Below are positions 36,116 through 36,497 of a stretch of 36,497 bases of DNA, in pieces. Origin of the DNA: Macrostomum lignano. Its lineage: Eukaryota. The notes under the pieces were generated by a model. The model was not told where the DNA came from. It saw only the letters and a list, made by a program, of their open reading frames with translations, and ran no database searches. The stretch lies in assembly GCA_002269645.1 (NCBI GenBank), contig NIVC01004738.1:1-36497 (forward strand). Reading direction: 5' to 3'. Positions within the stretch are counted from its first letter, which is position 1. The number at the start of each line of letters is the position of its first letter. Position numbers and translations under genes: made by a program.

Positions 36116-36497
36116 GTCAAGTGGTGGCTCACATTCAATGAGCCCTGGGTATTTACCGTGCTTGGTTACGGTCTGGGTGCCCACGCGCCTGGAACAAAAG
36201 ACCTTGTGAACACAGTGTACATTGTGTCGCACAATCTCCTGCGCGCCCACGCCAAGGCCTACAGGCTCTACGAGAAAGACTTCAAGCCCACGCAGCAGGG
36301 CAAAGTTGGCATCACGCTCAATGGCGCCTACGTCTTGCCGAAGGACCCGTCCAGCGAATTGGACAAGAAAGCCGCTCAGCGCTCGATGGAGTTCTCGTTT
36401 AGCTGGTACTCCGACCCGGTGTACTTCGGCGACTACCCCGAGGAGATGAAGACCCGGATCGGTAACAAGAGTGCGGCAGCCGGCTTGCCAAAGTCAA
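36116..36497 (+). CDS. GH1 copy B exon 3 (VKWWLTFNEPW...MEFSFSWYSDPVYFGDYPEEMK...), runs to the window end
   Basis: Acceptor cattccag ends at 36115; frame is open with no indels; gene continues beyond the window. Confidence 0.93.

Overview
Eukaryotic (animal) genomic DNA. The GC-rich low-complexity coding, intronic minisatellites and repeat types suggest a Macrostomum-like free-living flatworm, but that is inference only. Three spliced genes are present. Two are secreted glycoside hydrolase family 1 (lactase-phlorizin hydrolase-like) paralogues in head-to-head orientation (750-4279 minus; 33723 to the window end, plus). The third is a group I p21-activated kinase (9358-13838 minus) with a different 26-31 bp minisatellite in or beside every intron. 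The roughly 20 kb between PAK and the second GH1 gene holds many transposon remnants: a nested stack of non-autonomous DNA transposons with verifiable 8-bp TSDs (four hAT-like families, one Merlin-like), a decayed PIF/ISL2EU-type transposase and non-LTR fragments. A Tc1 remnant and further non-LTR fragments lie between the first GH1 gene and PAK. The most unusual signal is a 65-bp piece of 28S rRNA (helix 69-71, the R2 retrotransposon and I-PpoI target). It is carried about 100-120 bp from one end of three hAT-type elements from two unrelated families, with conserved flanks and a mutated cleavage core. Single-base deletions in homopolymers break several exons and probably reflect uncorrected long-read assembly errors.
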